From the IMG/VR virus record IMGVR_UViG_3300045988_175656: a stretch of 64,000 nt of DNA. One strand, given 5' to 3'. The stretch is from a virus. Below, in pieces: positions 43,465 to 53,779 of the stretch; positions within the stretch are counted from its first letter, which is position 1; the number at the start of each line of letters is the position of its first letter. The notes under the pieces were generated by a model, which was given only the letters and a program-made list of their open reading frames with translations, had not been told where the DNA came from and searched no databases. Both the position numbers and the translations under genes were made by a program.

Positions 43465-46400
43465 ATGAGCAAACTATCCAACATAATAGATGATGCTACT
43501 TCAACATATAAGGACTATTCAAAAGATTTAGTTCAACAAGTTCAAAAACATTATGTTTTGTCTGAACTTCTTGGAGTGCCTATATCTGGATATAGTAGTT
43601 TTACTTTAAGAAATCAATTTTATAGAAATAGATTGATGAATCTTAATATTGAACAGCATAACAAAATATTGAATAATTTTGGAGAAGGTACTATTCCAAG
43701 TTTAGGTGATGTGTCAGATATTAACTACAATAATGATTTTGCTTCAGTAATTGGGGGGGATGAAATTGCAGGTAACAATACAACTAGACAAAGATTACAA
43801 GGAAGTTCAAATTATGACAATATAAATGATTTGTATTATAATACAACAAATTTATATTACGATGATAATAATAATGGCTCATTCTCCAATAAATTAAAAC
43901 TAACTAATCCAAATAGTATATTGAACAAAACAAAAAAATTGTTCAATATGTATAAGGTTAATACAATTATATCACGTTTTCATACTGAAAGTTCTGATAT
44001 AGACCAAAGTATTGGTTCTGCTGTTAGTGTATATGGCATGTCTCATGGTAGAAATCTATTGAAGAAAGATGCTGAAGATGCAAAAGCTGGTGTAGATTTT
44101 TATACAAATGGATATAATAACCCTTATTGCCGTGTTTGGACGCATCATCATCAATATGATGATATAAGTAAATTAATAAGACCATTTACTGATGAAAATG
44201 GTACACCAACTTCTATTGGTGATTTACAAAAAGATTGGACATTTATCAGGGGTAAAACTGGCGCAGAACGTTTAGATAAATACAGTGTATTAAACAAAAA
44301 TGGTTTTGTTAATATCACACCAAGTTATGATGCTAATGAGAATTTAAAGGTTGATACAAAACATTGTATGTTTTCAATTGAAAATTTAGCATGGAAAGGA
44401 TATGACCCATATTCGTTTGAAAAAGCATTATCATGGGAACAAAGAGGACCTATGGGTGGAAGAATAATGTGGTTTCCACCTTACGGTATTGAATTTACAG
44501 AAAATGTAAATGTAAATTGGAATAGTGATACTCTTATAGGTAGGGGTGAAAATATATACACTTATATTAATACAGAACGAAGTGGTAATTTGTCGTTCAA
44601 GATGTTGGTAGACCACCCTTCAATAATAAATTATTATGAAGGTAACAAAATTGTATATGAACAATCTGAAGAAAGCCAATATGCGTGGTCTAAAAGAACT
44701 GGAATTAATGATAGTAGCTTATATGAGTTTTATAAAGGCAAAATGCCTGAACTTAAAGCAAATGGAATACCTGGCGTAAATACAGTAAAATCATTAAATG
44801 ATTATGTTTCTGAAGCTGCATATAACGCTTTTTCAACACAAAAAAGTGTTGTGGATAGTGGGCAAAGAAGTGGTGCAAGAGATACTGATTTATTAAGATT
44901 TTTTGCTGGATGTGATACTATTGATGGTGTTGCAAAAAATTTAACAGATGAATTTAAACAAGGAGAATCAAAAGTTGAAAAAACTACTGAAACTAAAAAA
45001 GTTACCCCAGTTCCAAAACCAATTGTTGTTGAAGAAGTTCCAGAAGTAACAGGTTCAGTTGTTTTTTACGTTTTTTATCCAAATAATTATTCAGGTTCTT
45101 ATGATACACCTGATAGTAAAGTTGAAGCAATGGCATATTTGCTTAATGGGGCTGTTTGTCAGAAACATGGAAAAGAAGATATTCCAATATCATTTAGCAC
45201 ATTACGAAATATTGCTAATGGAACAAATGGTATTGGTACTGGATATGAAATGACAACAAATGAAGGTGTTTCTGATTATAAATCAACATATGATTTCAAT
45301 GAAGAAGAGATGTGGATAACAGGAACAACAGCAGCTAAAAAGATATGGAAATATCGTATTGATGGTGGATATGATGAAAAAAATGATAATGTTAGAAATT
45401 ATTATAATCAACAATTATTATTAAAAGCAAATTATTCAGATAAAAATGGTAGTGGAGAAAACAATAACACTTTAAATTCGAATTATAAGGCTGTTCAATC
45501 AGCGTTTAATGTAACAGAGATTGATTCTCTATATTCATTTGCTGAAATTGCTTATGTGTTATCTGATAGTGAAGAAGCTAAAAATATTATAGAAGGTAAA
45601 TTAATTAGAGCATTAGGAGATAGCCAATTGGTTACTGAGCGTTTAAACAAATTAAAAGAGTTGTTTGATAATTTTACTATAACAAAGGCGATGTCCTATG
45701 GACACGCAAATACTCATGGAAATAACCCTAATAATAAAACTAATATTGAAAGAAATGATAAATTAGCTGAAAATAGGGCAAAAAGTGTTGCTGATTGGTT
45801 AAATAAAACTAAATATTTTACAACAAATGCAGTTTCTTTTATAAAAGAAGATGTTGATGTTGTAACAGGACAAGATGTGTCAAGCATTGATGCTAAAAAA
45901 TGGCGTTCAGCTCGTGTCAAAATAGAATATAGAATGTCTGGTACTAAAAAATTAGCTGAAACTAATCAAACAAATATATCTGAGGATGGTGAAATTTTAG
46001 AACAAGGATTACAAGAATATGTTGGTTATAATACTAAAATTGATGAAAATGGAAAAACAATTTATGAAGATGCTAATGGGCAGATATGGGAAAAAGATTC
46101 AGATGGAAATCTTGTATTGTCAATTGTTTTAGATACTATTATACCTGCAAGTGCAACTTCAAGAAATGAAGAATTTAACAATATTAGATATGACCAAGAG
46201 TATCGTTTTTTTAAAGTATTAAAAGAAAAAAGTCCTTCAATTTTTGAACAACTAAAAGAAAAAATTAAGTATTTTGACCCTGCATTTCATAGTATGACAC
46301 CTGAAGGTTTTAATGGAAGATTAAATTTTCTACATCAATGTACTCGTCAAGGTAATACAATTGGGGCATCAGATTCAAACAATGCTAAAACTGCAACAAA

Positions 46401-46761
46401 TTTAGCATTTGGTAGACCACCAATATGTGTTCTTAGACTTGGGGATTTTTATTATACTGAAATTGTTATTACTAATATGACAATAACATATGACCCACTT
46501 CAATGGGATTTAAATAGCGAAGGTATTGGTGTACAACCATTAATTGCAAATATTAATTTAACATTTAATTTTATTGGTGGTTCAGATTTAGCAGGACCAA
46601 TTAAAAGATTGCAAAATGCAATGTCATTTAATTATTATGCTAATACTGAAGTATATGATAATAGGGCTGATAGAGTAACTTATCCTGAAAGTAAAAATGA
46701 TAGTTCAACAGGGATGGATAATGCTGTATATGATGCTTATAATACAAAAATGAGTAATTAA
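43465..46761 (+). CDS. large tail/baseplate hub-associated protein with embedded OmpA-like peptidoglycan-binding domain
   Basis: 1098 aa at the position of P2 gpU / Mu DNA-circulation protein. ~45640..45930 encodes AMSYGHANTHGNNPNNKTNIERNDKLAENRAKSVADWL...WRSARVKIEY. This fits the OmpA_C pattern GHTD..G....N..LS..RA.aV..yL...nRRVEI. Confidence 0.55.
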   Translation: MSKLSNIIDDATSTYKDYSKDLVQQVQKHYVLSELLGVPISGYSSFTLRNQFYRNRLMNLNIEQHNKILNNFGEGTIPSLGDVSDINYNNDFASVIGGDEIAGNNTTRQRLQGSSNYDNINDLYYNTTNLYYDDNNNGSFSNKLKLTNPNSILNKTKKLFNMYKVNTIISRFHTESSDIDQSIGSAVSVYGMSHGRNLLKKDAEDAKAGVDFYTNGYNNPYCRVWTHHHQYDDISKLIRPFTDENGTPTSIGDLQKDWTFIRGKTGAERLDKYSVLNKNGFVNITPSYDANENLKVDTKHCMFSIENLAWKGYDPYSFEKALSWEQRGPMGGRIMWFPPYGIEFTENVNVNWNSDTLIGRGENIYTYINTERSGNLSFKMLVDHPSIINYYEGNKIVYEQSEESQYAWSKRTGINDSSLYEFYKGKMPELKANGIPGVNTVKSLNDYVSEAAYNAFSTQKSVVDSGQRSGARDTDLLRFFAGCDTIDGVAKNLTDEFKQGESKVEKTTETKKVTPVPKPIVVEEVPEVTGSVVFYVFYPNNYSGSYDTPDSKVEAMAYLLNGAVCQKHGKEDIPISFSTLRNIANGTNGIGTGYEMTTNEGVSDYKSTYDFNEEEMWITGTTAAKKIWKYRIDGGYDEKNDNVRNYYNQQLLLKANYSDKNGSGENNNTLNSNYKAVQSAFNVTEIDSLYSFAEIAYVLSDSEEAKNIIEGKLIRALGDSQLVTERLNKLKELFDNFTITKAMSYGHANTHGNNPNNKTNIERNDKLAENRAKSVADWLNKTKYFTTNAVSFIKEDVDVVTGQDVSSIDAKKWRSARVKIEYRMSGTKKLAETNQTNISEDGEILEQGLQEYVGYNTKIDENGKTIYEDANGQIWEKDSDGNLVLSIVLDTIIPASATSRNEEFNNIRYDQEYRFFKVLKEKSPSIFEQLKEKIKYFDPAFHSMTPEGFNGRLNFLHQCTRQGNTIGASDSNNAKTATNLAFGRPPICVLRLGDFYYTEIVITNMTITYDPLQWDLNSEGIGVQPLIANINLTFNFIGGSDLAGPIKRLQNAMSFNYYANTEVYDNRADRVTYPESKNDSSTGMDNAVYDAYNTKMSN

Positions 46762-46762
46762 A

Positions 46763-47083
46763 ATGAATACATACGATAGATACAGTAAATTTAGAGAGAA
46801 TGGAACTATAAAAATTGTTCCATTCATTAAAATATCGCCAAAAGAAAGTGATATAATTGTAACTTATGAACGTGGGGTTACAAGATTAGATATTTTATCA
46901 TACAAATATTATTATAATCCTAATTATGGGTGGCTTATATTACAGGCAAATCCTCAATATGGTTCAATGGAATTTTCAATTCCAGATAAAGCTGAATTAA
47001 GAATACCATATCCATTAGATTTAACATTAAAACAATATAATACAGATATTGATACATATATGAAAGTCAATGGTTTAGATTAA
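46763..47083 (+). CDS. tail protein X-like (LysM-type) protein
   Basis: 106 aa. VTRLDILSYKYYYNPNYGWLILQANPQYGSMEFSIPDKAELRIPYP parallels P2 gpX GDTLDAICVRYYG....VLAANPGL....LP.G..VELP. Confidence 0.6.
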   Translation: MNTYDRYSKFRENGTIKIVPFIKISPKESDIIVTYERGVTRLDILSYKYYYNPNYGWLILQANPQYGSMEFSIPDKAELRIPYPLDLTLKQYNTDIDTYMKVNGLD

Positions 47084-47089
47084 AGATTG

Positions 47090-47125
47090 ACTTTATGTAT
47101 AAAATAAATTATTTTTTAAATAAAA
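47090..47125 (+). promoter_or_regulatory. second copy of the ACTTTATGTATA + ATTATTTTTTAAATAAAA element
   Basis: The 12-mer and 18-mer are the same as at 31628..31656, separated here by a 6-nt insert. It sits 5 nt upstream of ATG 47131. Confidence 0.35.
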
Positions 47126-47130
47126 ATTAG

Positions 47131-50100
47131 ATGGCAGAGAAAGACCAAGATGTATTTAAAACATCAAAAAGTCGTATAGTATATACAGAACCTAATTTTG
47201 TTAACGGGGTTACAGCAAATGGAGTTGATTTATCAGTTCCATTAGAGGATTTATGTATTAGTGTAAATCTTATTGCTGAAGTTAAACCTCGTTATGCTTC
47301 TGACTTAAATAATGGAAATAGTGAAATACAAATATTATCATGGGGAACTAATGATAGTGAAAAAGTGTCATTTTTTTCAGGAATAAAGTTAGATAGAAAT
47401 AGTGATGATAGATATTTAACATCATATTTTACTGATATTACTTATGATGATTCAAAAAATGGAAAAGTAATTGAAGGATTGGGTATTGATTCAATTGATA
47501 TTAATTTTGAATCTTGGTACACTCCAACTGTTGTTATTAAATTTGTTGATGTTAGGGGTAGTTCTATGTTAGTTCCAAATGAATATGATGATGAAAATAA
47601 AAGTTCATCATATTATACAGGTGAAAAATTATATAAATGCTTTTTCACATTTCCTTATCCAAAATTTAAACTTTTGGTAAAAGGATTTTATGGAAAACCT
47701 GTTACTTTTCAATTAACATGTTCAAAATTCACAGGTAGTTTTAATTCTCAAAATGGTAATTTTGAAGCTACTGCAACTTTTATTGGATATAATTATTCTT
47801 TGTTGACTGATATACAATTCCAGTATTTAATTGCTGCTCCTTATGATACATATTATGGTCAAAAATATTTCAATAATAATAGAAGTAGTGAAGCATGGTT
47901 ATTAAGTGATGGAAGTGAAATGCCAACACTTAGGGAATTAGTGTATAAAATAGATTCTGCTATGGGTATTATTGATAAAAAAATGTCAACAGACCCAAAT
48001 GTCATACAAAATAGAGCAATTGCTAATGAAAATGAAGCTTTACAAAACATTCAAAAAGCATATAATGACATGATGCGACAATTCCAAAATGATTATAGCA
48101 ATGTTGTTACAAGTAATGAAAAGCAGATTGTTTTTGGATTTGATTCAGGGGATGACATTAAACCAATCGAATATACTAAAGATTACATAAGATACCAAAA
48201 CATTTTTATTGATTTAATAAATGATTATAATGGAAATGAGTCTTATAAGAGTAGAATGATTGATAAGAGTAAATTGCCAAATGGAACTAATGTTAAATTA
48301 GTTGAAGGGGATAAATTTATTCCTGTTAAAACATTTACTATAACAAAAAAAAATAATCTTATTGAAAATATAGCAGTTGTTAATAATTCAGTAGGAAATA
48401 CAGTTGACAAAGCTCTTAAAAACAGAACTTTTAATGATAAGAGAACGCTAAATGATATTTTAATTAAGGATATTTCGACTAAGTGTACAAATAAATCAAC
48501 TAAAATAAAAGAATATATCTATTTGTATAACATAAATGGATTTAGTGAAGAAATAGTTACTAAATTAGTTGATTGTGATAATAGAATGGCAGCAATTCAA
48601 CGAGATGTTGATATTTTTGTTAAAAATGCTGTGAAAGAAACAGTTGGTTTTGTTCCTACAATTGGTAATATGAGTAAAATAATTTTTGCTCATTTGGAAA
48701 CTTTTTTACAATCAATGAAACATTGTGTTGATAATATCAATGGAGAAATTAAAAATGGTGGCAGAACATTATCTTCATATAAAATTGATTTAAAAGATAC
48801 TGATTTAAATTATGTAGATAACAATAACCCTATACCACCATTTCCATTATATCTTGATAGAGGTTCTAAAACACAATATTGTGGTGATAAAGATGACAAT
48901 ATGGATGTAATTGGTTGGATAGGTGATGTTAAAGGGGATTGTGAAGAAGTTTCATTAATTTATGGATATACCAAAGCAATGGAAACCATTAGTGAAATTA
49001 ATAAGAGTAATAGAAGAGAATTAGATAATCATGGGAAAGTTCAAGAATATGTTCCAATTTCTCCTATTGATTTAAATTTTGATAAAGGACCTTTCACTTA
49101 TTCAAATGTTGATGGAGAAACTTTAGAAGATTTTATTGGTCATATTGGTTTAAGAGCTACTTTATTATTTGGATATTTGTTTAATCTTAAAGATAATTCA
49201 ACATTTGATAAAAGTAAAATGAGTTTGTTTGCTGAACAAGCAGGTAAGGCAGATGCATATAATTATTATCTTCGTGGAATGACAAAAGATGAAATAAACG
49301 AAAGAATTTTATCAAAATTAGGAAAAAGTGGGGAAAGAAGTGTTGATGATATTATTGAAGTTTTGCAATGTTCAGAAAATAAATTCAGTCAATATTTTCA
49401 GGGTTCTAAATCTTCACATTATGTTTTTGAACTTATTAAAGGTGGAACACATTATGATATGTCTAGAAACTCTATGCTGTTGAAAAGTACAAATAATTCA
49501 TTAATTTATAATTATATATTTGTAAATAAAATAGATAATGACCAAAAGAATGATTTGTTTTTACTTCCAACAAGTCCGAATAATTTTACTGGGTATATTG
49601 GAGAGTATGCCAAAGAAGGGAATCCTTTTAGAATACCATCATTTAATGGAAATATAAATACTTCTTGTATAACATTAAATGACCAAGATATTGCACCAAA
49701 TTATAATGGCACTGTTGATATGGAGAAATATACAAATCCATCTGTATGCAATATTTTCACTGAAAATAATGATGTTGAAAAATTAATGAATTATTACAAT
49801 TTATTAAAAAGTGGAGAAATTAATGTAAGAGATTATAAAAAAGCGTCTGATTTAAGTTCATTAGCTGATTTACTGTGGCATGTTGATGATAAGGATATGT
49901 CCTCTTTTTATGATATAAATTGGGGTGGAAGTGGAGTAAATACAACATCATGGGGTGCTACTGTTGGTTCAATGCCATTATATAATCAAATTTTATATGA
50001 TAAATTTGATTCTGAAAAACAACTTAAAATTTTACCTTCTTCCATATCAAAAGCTATGGAAGTTAAAGATATTAAAATATGGTCATTTAAAGATTGGTAT

Positions 50101-53100
50101 GGTAAAAAAGAATTGAGAGATGGGGAAATTGTTTTGAATTCATTGAATGGTCAACCAAATAGTATTGATAACTTCACAATACCTGAATTTCAAATTGTAG
50201 AAAATAGAGTTATGACCAGTTCATTATTTGGACACCCATTTTATTATATGCAAAATGGTAGCCTTATTGGAGAAGATGAATATGATAAAGTTCATAGAAT
50301 TTTAAGAAGTAAAGCCTTACTTTTTATAATGTCTTTACCAATTCAGTACAACCGTTTTAATATTGGTAAAAATGTTAAAAATGGTGGTATATTCAGAGTT
50401 CCTAAAGCGTTAACATTATTGATTGGTGGATTATTATGGCGTAAGAGATTATCTGATAAAAATAATATAGATGATGTATTCATTTATGATGATGGATTAC
50501 TTAAATTTACAAAGCCAAAATCGAATGGAAAAAGTTGTAATTCAATGTTGTATAATGCAAGCCGTTATGGGATGATTGATGTTAATTATTGGGGAATTAA
50601 CATATCTGATTATTTTGGATATGATATATTTTCATTAAGACCATCAATTAAAAATAAATTTATTGAAGTATTTGAGAATTGGGTTTCAGATGTTAATGGT
50701 TTTAAATTCATACAAAAAAATTATGAATTGTTTAATAGAAATGGAAGTTCATTAACAACTAAAAATTTGATAGATTATAGTAATGAATGGACACGAGCTT
50801 ATAGAAATGGTGAGTATGAAGCTGTGTTTAACCAACCAATAGCAATAAAAAGATTTCTAGATAAATTTAGTAATAGCTTTTTGGCTAATTATGCTTCATT
50901 TTATTCAGGTGAAGATATGAAATCTTTCAGATTGTTAAATCGTGAAGATACTCCTGTAATGGAAGCAGTGAAAAAGCTTTATTCTTCAACTGATATGGTA
51001 ACAATTGGTACTTATGCTGTATTAGGTACTGATTATGCTTATCCAAATCAAATTTCATTTGATATTGATTTAGCTAAGAGTTATTTTGGTTCTGTGATAA
51101 ATACTTTGGAGTCTATTGTGAATGATAAGGGAAGTACTGATACTAAAGAAGATGTGCCAACTGATTTATCAGATAATAGGGATATAAACATTGCAATGTA
51201 TAGTTATTTGAAAAATATATATGATAAATGGTTAACTGGTATTGATATTTCATTTTTTAATGTAGATAGATTTTTTAAGAAAAATTTCATATTTGTTGAT
51301 TCATTTTATAGAAATATTAGAAATAAAATGATTATAAATTGTGAATATTTTGCTAAAAGATATTATGAAATGGCAGATACAAGTACATTATATTCTTTTT
51401 TAGCTGATTTATATTCACATCATGGAATGCTATTTACTCCAATGTCACATTTCCTTAATTGGGCTGAAGAGGATGTTTTAAAAGATATGTTTAAGCCTAT
51501 GCCACATAATTCAATGCCACCAATTGAAGAAGATAATAAATTTATTTGTATGTATGTTCATGAACCGTCAAAAAATTTAAATATGGGTAGTGGCAATACA
51601 TCTTATGGATATAAATATGATGGTTTTGATATATGGACACCAAATGAAGGAACAAGTGTTCAACCAAGAATATTTACACAAGATAGTCAAAATACGAATG
51701 ATACAGTATTAGGGGATGTAGAAGAAACAAGGTATGCTTATAACATACCTGCTTTTGGTGTGGCATTTGGTAAGGCTAATCAATCTTATTTCAAAAATAT
51801 TTCAGTAAATATGGATAATCCCACTACTACTGAATATTCCATTAAAGCAATATGGAAAATTGCTGAATTAGCTAAAAATAGTACAACAAAAGTTCAATTT
51901 TTAGGACAAGATTTGTATGCAGTTTGGTCTAATTATTCTTTTACTTGTGAGGTGGAAATGTTAGGATGTGCACAAGTACAACCGTTAATGTATTTTCAAT
52001 TGTTAAATATTCCAATGTTTAGGGGAACATATATTATTACAAAAGTATCACATCATTTATCACCTGGTAATATGATAACAAGATTTACTGGCGTAAAATT
52101 GTCTAAAAATGGTCAGCCATTCAATACACAACCATTTGGTATGTTAGGAATATTATCTAAAAATGGAAGTGGATATTTTGGAGAATGGACTAAAAATTAT
52201 ACAACATCTTATGATAGTACATTACCAAATTCAATTGGTGATTATTATGTATATAATGACCCTGAAACAATAGTTGTTCCTTCAAATGATTGTGGTTGTG
52301 GTAAAGATAGTGGATGGGATGGTTTAAGTCCTATTATGAAAAAATTATTTTATGCTTTACGTGGTAGTGTTGAAAGCATTGAAGGTAATGAAGGTGGTAA
52401 GGAATGGACTATATGCATATCAAGTGGTCAAAGACCTGAAAGTGTTGGAAGTGACCATCAGTTTGGAAATGCTATGGATTTACAAATTAAAAGGAAAGGT
52501 GTTGTTATAGGCGCAGGTCAAGATAAAAAAGAATTGGGAATCGTGTTTGATATAATAGTAACTACTTATTCTGAGTATATAAATCAATTGATTATGGAAT
52601 ATAAAACTAGTTCTATTATGATGAATAATTTTAATATGTTTCATACTATTCACTTTTCTTCATATGGCAAAAATGCTGAAAGAAATAAAAAAATGATTTG
52701 GCAAGCATATTCTCCATCAGGAAGCAATGTAAGAGCATTTTTTAAGCAACCATCATGGAAATATGATACAGATTATTCATCTACAAATCAAATTGATTGG
52801 AATAAACAAATTGGTTTTAGTATTAACGAAGATGTTATAACAAGCGATTTCACAAGTAGTCCTTTTCTTAAAACGAATGATAAAGAAGATGAAAATGTTA
52901 AAAAATCTAATGAAGCTTTATCTTATATTTCTCCTTATTATAAGGAGACTAGTAAAAAACGTGTATATAGTTTTTTACCAAATAGATTGATTGATTTTAA
53001 GAAAATATTTACATCTTATAGTAATGTTGATGATACAACTTTAAAATATTTTTTAGGCATAAATAATACTTTATTTGGATTATCTTATTTAACTAAAAAT

Positions 53101-53712
53101 AAAAGTACATCAGGCTACACATCACAAAAAAGATGTAATGATGTAAATGCATTTGTTAATAGATTGGAACAAATATCTCAACAATGGAAATTTAACCCTA
53201 ATTGGTTAATGATTGTTATGGCATCAGAAAGTGGTCTAGACCCATCAGCATATAATAGTAGTGGTGGAGCAACTGGATTAATACAATTCATGCCATCTTA
53301 CTATAAAGATAAATGGAATTTGACTTCTGAACAAATGAGAAGTATGGATGCAACTAAACAATTGGAATATGTTAGTAAATATTTTTCTGAATGGAAAGAT
53401 GCTAAATATATTCATCCAGTTGATATGTATTTGATAACATTAGCTCCTGCTGTATTATTTGTTAATAATCGTAACGCAAATAGTGTTGTATATTCATCAG
53501 ATAGTGCTAATCACCCAAGTATAATACCTTCTTTATCATCAGGAAGTACATCTGAGTATAATGGCAATAAAGGATTTGATGTTGATAATAAAGGGTATAT
53601 AACAATTAAAGATGTTCAAAATAGGTTTGTAAAGAAAGCATATGAATTTGCTAAAACTGAAGATGAAAAAACACAGTTAAATTATATTTTATCTTCATCA
53701 ACTTATGTTTAA
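47131..53712 (+). CDS. giant baseplate hub/tail-associated lysin (M15 peptidase + lytic transglycosylase domains)
   Basis: 2193 aa at the gpD/hub position. ~52300..52700 encodes SSGQRPESVGSDHQFGNAMDLQI...FHTIHFS (M15 SxHxxGxAxD...H). ~53200..53480 encodes LMIVMASESGLDPSAYNSSGGATGLIQFMPS (SLT E-S...GLMQ). Confidence 0.7.
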   Translation: MAEKDQDVFKTSKSRIVYTEPNFVNGVTANGVDLSVPLEDLCISVNLIAEVKPRYASDLNNGNSEIQILSWGTNDSEKVSFFSGIKLDRNSDDRYLTSYFTDITYDDSKNGKVIEGLGIDSIDINFESWYTPTVVIKFVDVRGSSMLVPNEYDDENKSSSYYTGEKLYKCFFTFPYPKFKLLVKGFYGKPVTFQLTCSKFTGSFNSQNGNFEATATFIGYNYSLLTDIQFQYLIAAPYDTYYGQKYFNNNRSSEAWLLSDGSEMPTLRELVYKIDSAMGIIDKKMSTDPNVIQNRAIANENEALQNIQKAYNDMMRQFQNDYSNVVTSNEKQIVFGFDSGDDIKPIEYTKDYIRYQNIFIDLINDYNGNESYKSRMIDKSKLPNGTNVKLVEGDKFIPVKTFTITKKNNLIENIAVVNNSVGNTVDKALKNRTFNDKRTLNDILIKDISTKCTNKSTKIKEYIYLYNINGFSEEIVTKLVDCDNRMAAIQRDVDIFVKNAVKETVGFVPTIGNMSKIIFAHLETFLQSMKHCVDNINGEIKNGGRTLSSYKIDLKDTDLNYVDNNNPIPPFPLYLDRGSKTQYCGDKDDNMDVIGWIGDVKGDCEEVSLIYGYTKAMETISEINKSNRRELDNHGKVQEYVPISPIDLNFDKGPFTYSNVDGETLEDFIGHIGLRATLLFGYLFNLKDNSTFDKSKMSLFAEQAGKADAYNYYLRGMTKDEINERILSKLGKSGERSVDDIIEVLQCSENKFSQYFQGSKSSHYVFELIKGGTHYDMSRNSMLLKSTNNSLIYNYIFVNKIDNDQKNDLFLLPTSPNNFTGYIGEYAKEGNPFRIPSFNGNINTSCITLNDQDIAPNYNGTVDMEKYTNPSVCNIFTENNDVEKLMNYYNLLKSGEINVRDYKKASDLSSLADLLWHVDDKDMSSFYDINWGGSGVNTTSWGATVGSMPLYNQILYDKFDSEKQLKILPSSISKAMEVKDIKIWSFKDWYGKKELRDGEIVLNSLNGQPNSIDNFTIPEFQIVENRVMTSSLFGHPFYYMQNGSLIGEDEYDKVHRILRSKALLFIMSLPIQYNRFNIGKNVKNGGIFRVPKALTLLIGGLLWRKRLSDKNNIDDVFIYDDGLLKFTKPKSNGKSCNSMLYNASRYGMIDVNYWGINISDYFGYDIFSLRPSIKNKFIEVFENWVSDVNGFKFIQKNYELFNRNGSSLTTKNLIDYSNEWTRAYRNGEYEAVFNQPIAIKRFLDKFSNSFLANYASFYSGEDMKSFRLLNREDTPVMEAVKKLYSSTDMVTIGTYAVLGTDYAYPNQISFDIDLAKSYFGSVINTLESIVNDKGSTDTKEDVPTDLSDNRDINIAMYSYLKNIYDKWLTGIDISFFNVDRFFKKNFIFVDSFYRNIRNKMIINCEYFAKRYYEMADTSTLYSFLADLYSHHGMLFTPMSHFLNWAEEDVLKDMFKPMPHNSMPPIEEDNKFICMYVHEPSKNLNMGSGNTSYGYKYDGFDIWTPNEGTSVQPRIFTQDSQNTNDTVLGDVEETRYAYNIPAFGVAFGKANQSYFKNISVNMDNPTTTEYSIKAIWKIAELAKNSTTKVQFLGQDLYAVWSNYSFTCEVEMLGCAQVQPLMYFQLLNIPMFRGTYIITKVSHHLSPGNMITRFTGVKLSKNGQPFNTQPFGMLGILSKNGSGYFGEWTKNYTTSYDSTLPNSIGDYYVYNDPETIVVPSNDCGCGKDSGWDGLSPIMKKLFYALRGSVESIEGNEGGKEWTICISSGQRPESVGSDHQFGNAMDLQIKRKGVVIGAGQDKKELGIVFDIIVTTYSEYINQLIMEYKTSSIMMNNFNMFHTIHFSSYGKNAERNKKMIWQAYSPSGSNVRAFFKQPSWKYDTDYSSTNQIDWNKQIGFSINEDVITSDFTSSPFLKTNDKEDENVKKSNEALSYISPYYKETSKKRVYSFLPNRLIDFKKIFTSYSNVDDTTLKYFLGINNTLFGLSYLTKNKSTSGYTSQKRCNDVNAFVNRLEQISQQWKFNPNWLMIVMASESGLDPSAYNSSGGATGLIQFMPSYYKDKWNLTSEQMRSMDATKQLEYVSKYFSEWKDAKYIHPVDMYLITLAPAVLFVNNRNANSVVYSSDSANHPSIIPSLSSGSTSEYNGNKGFDVDNKGYITIKDVQNRFVKKAYEFAKTEDEKTQLNYILSSSTYV

Positions 53713-53714
53713 CA

Positions 53715-53749
53715 TTTGCATATATGAAAAATTTGTGGTATATTTGCAG
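53715..53749 (+). promoter_or_regulatory. Bacteroidota-type promoter TTTG-N20-TATATTTG
   Basis: TTTGCATATATGAAAAATTTGTGGTATATTTGCAG. The -7 box is at 53739..53746 and the downstream ATG at 53780. Confidence 0.65.
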
Positions 53750-53779
53750 TATAGTTATGGATTTTATAAATAATAAACC

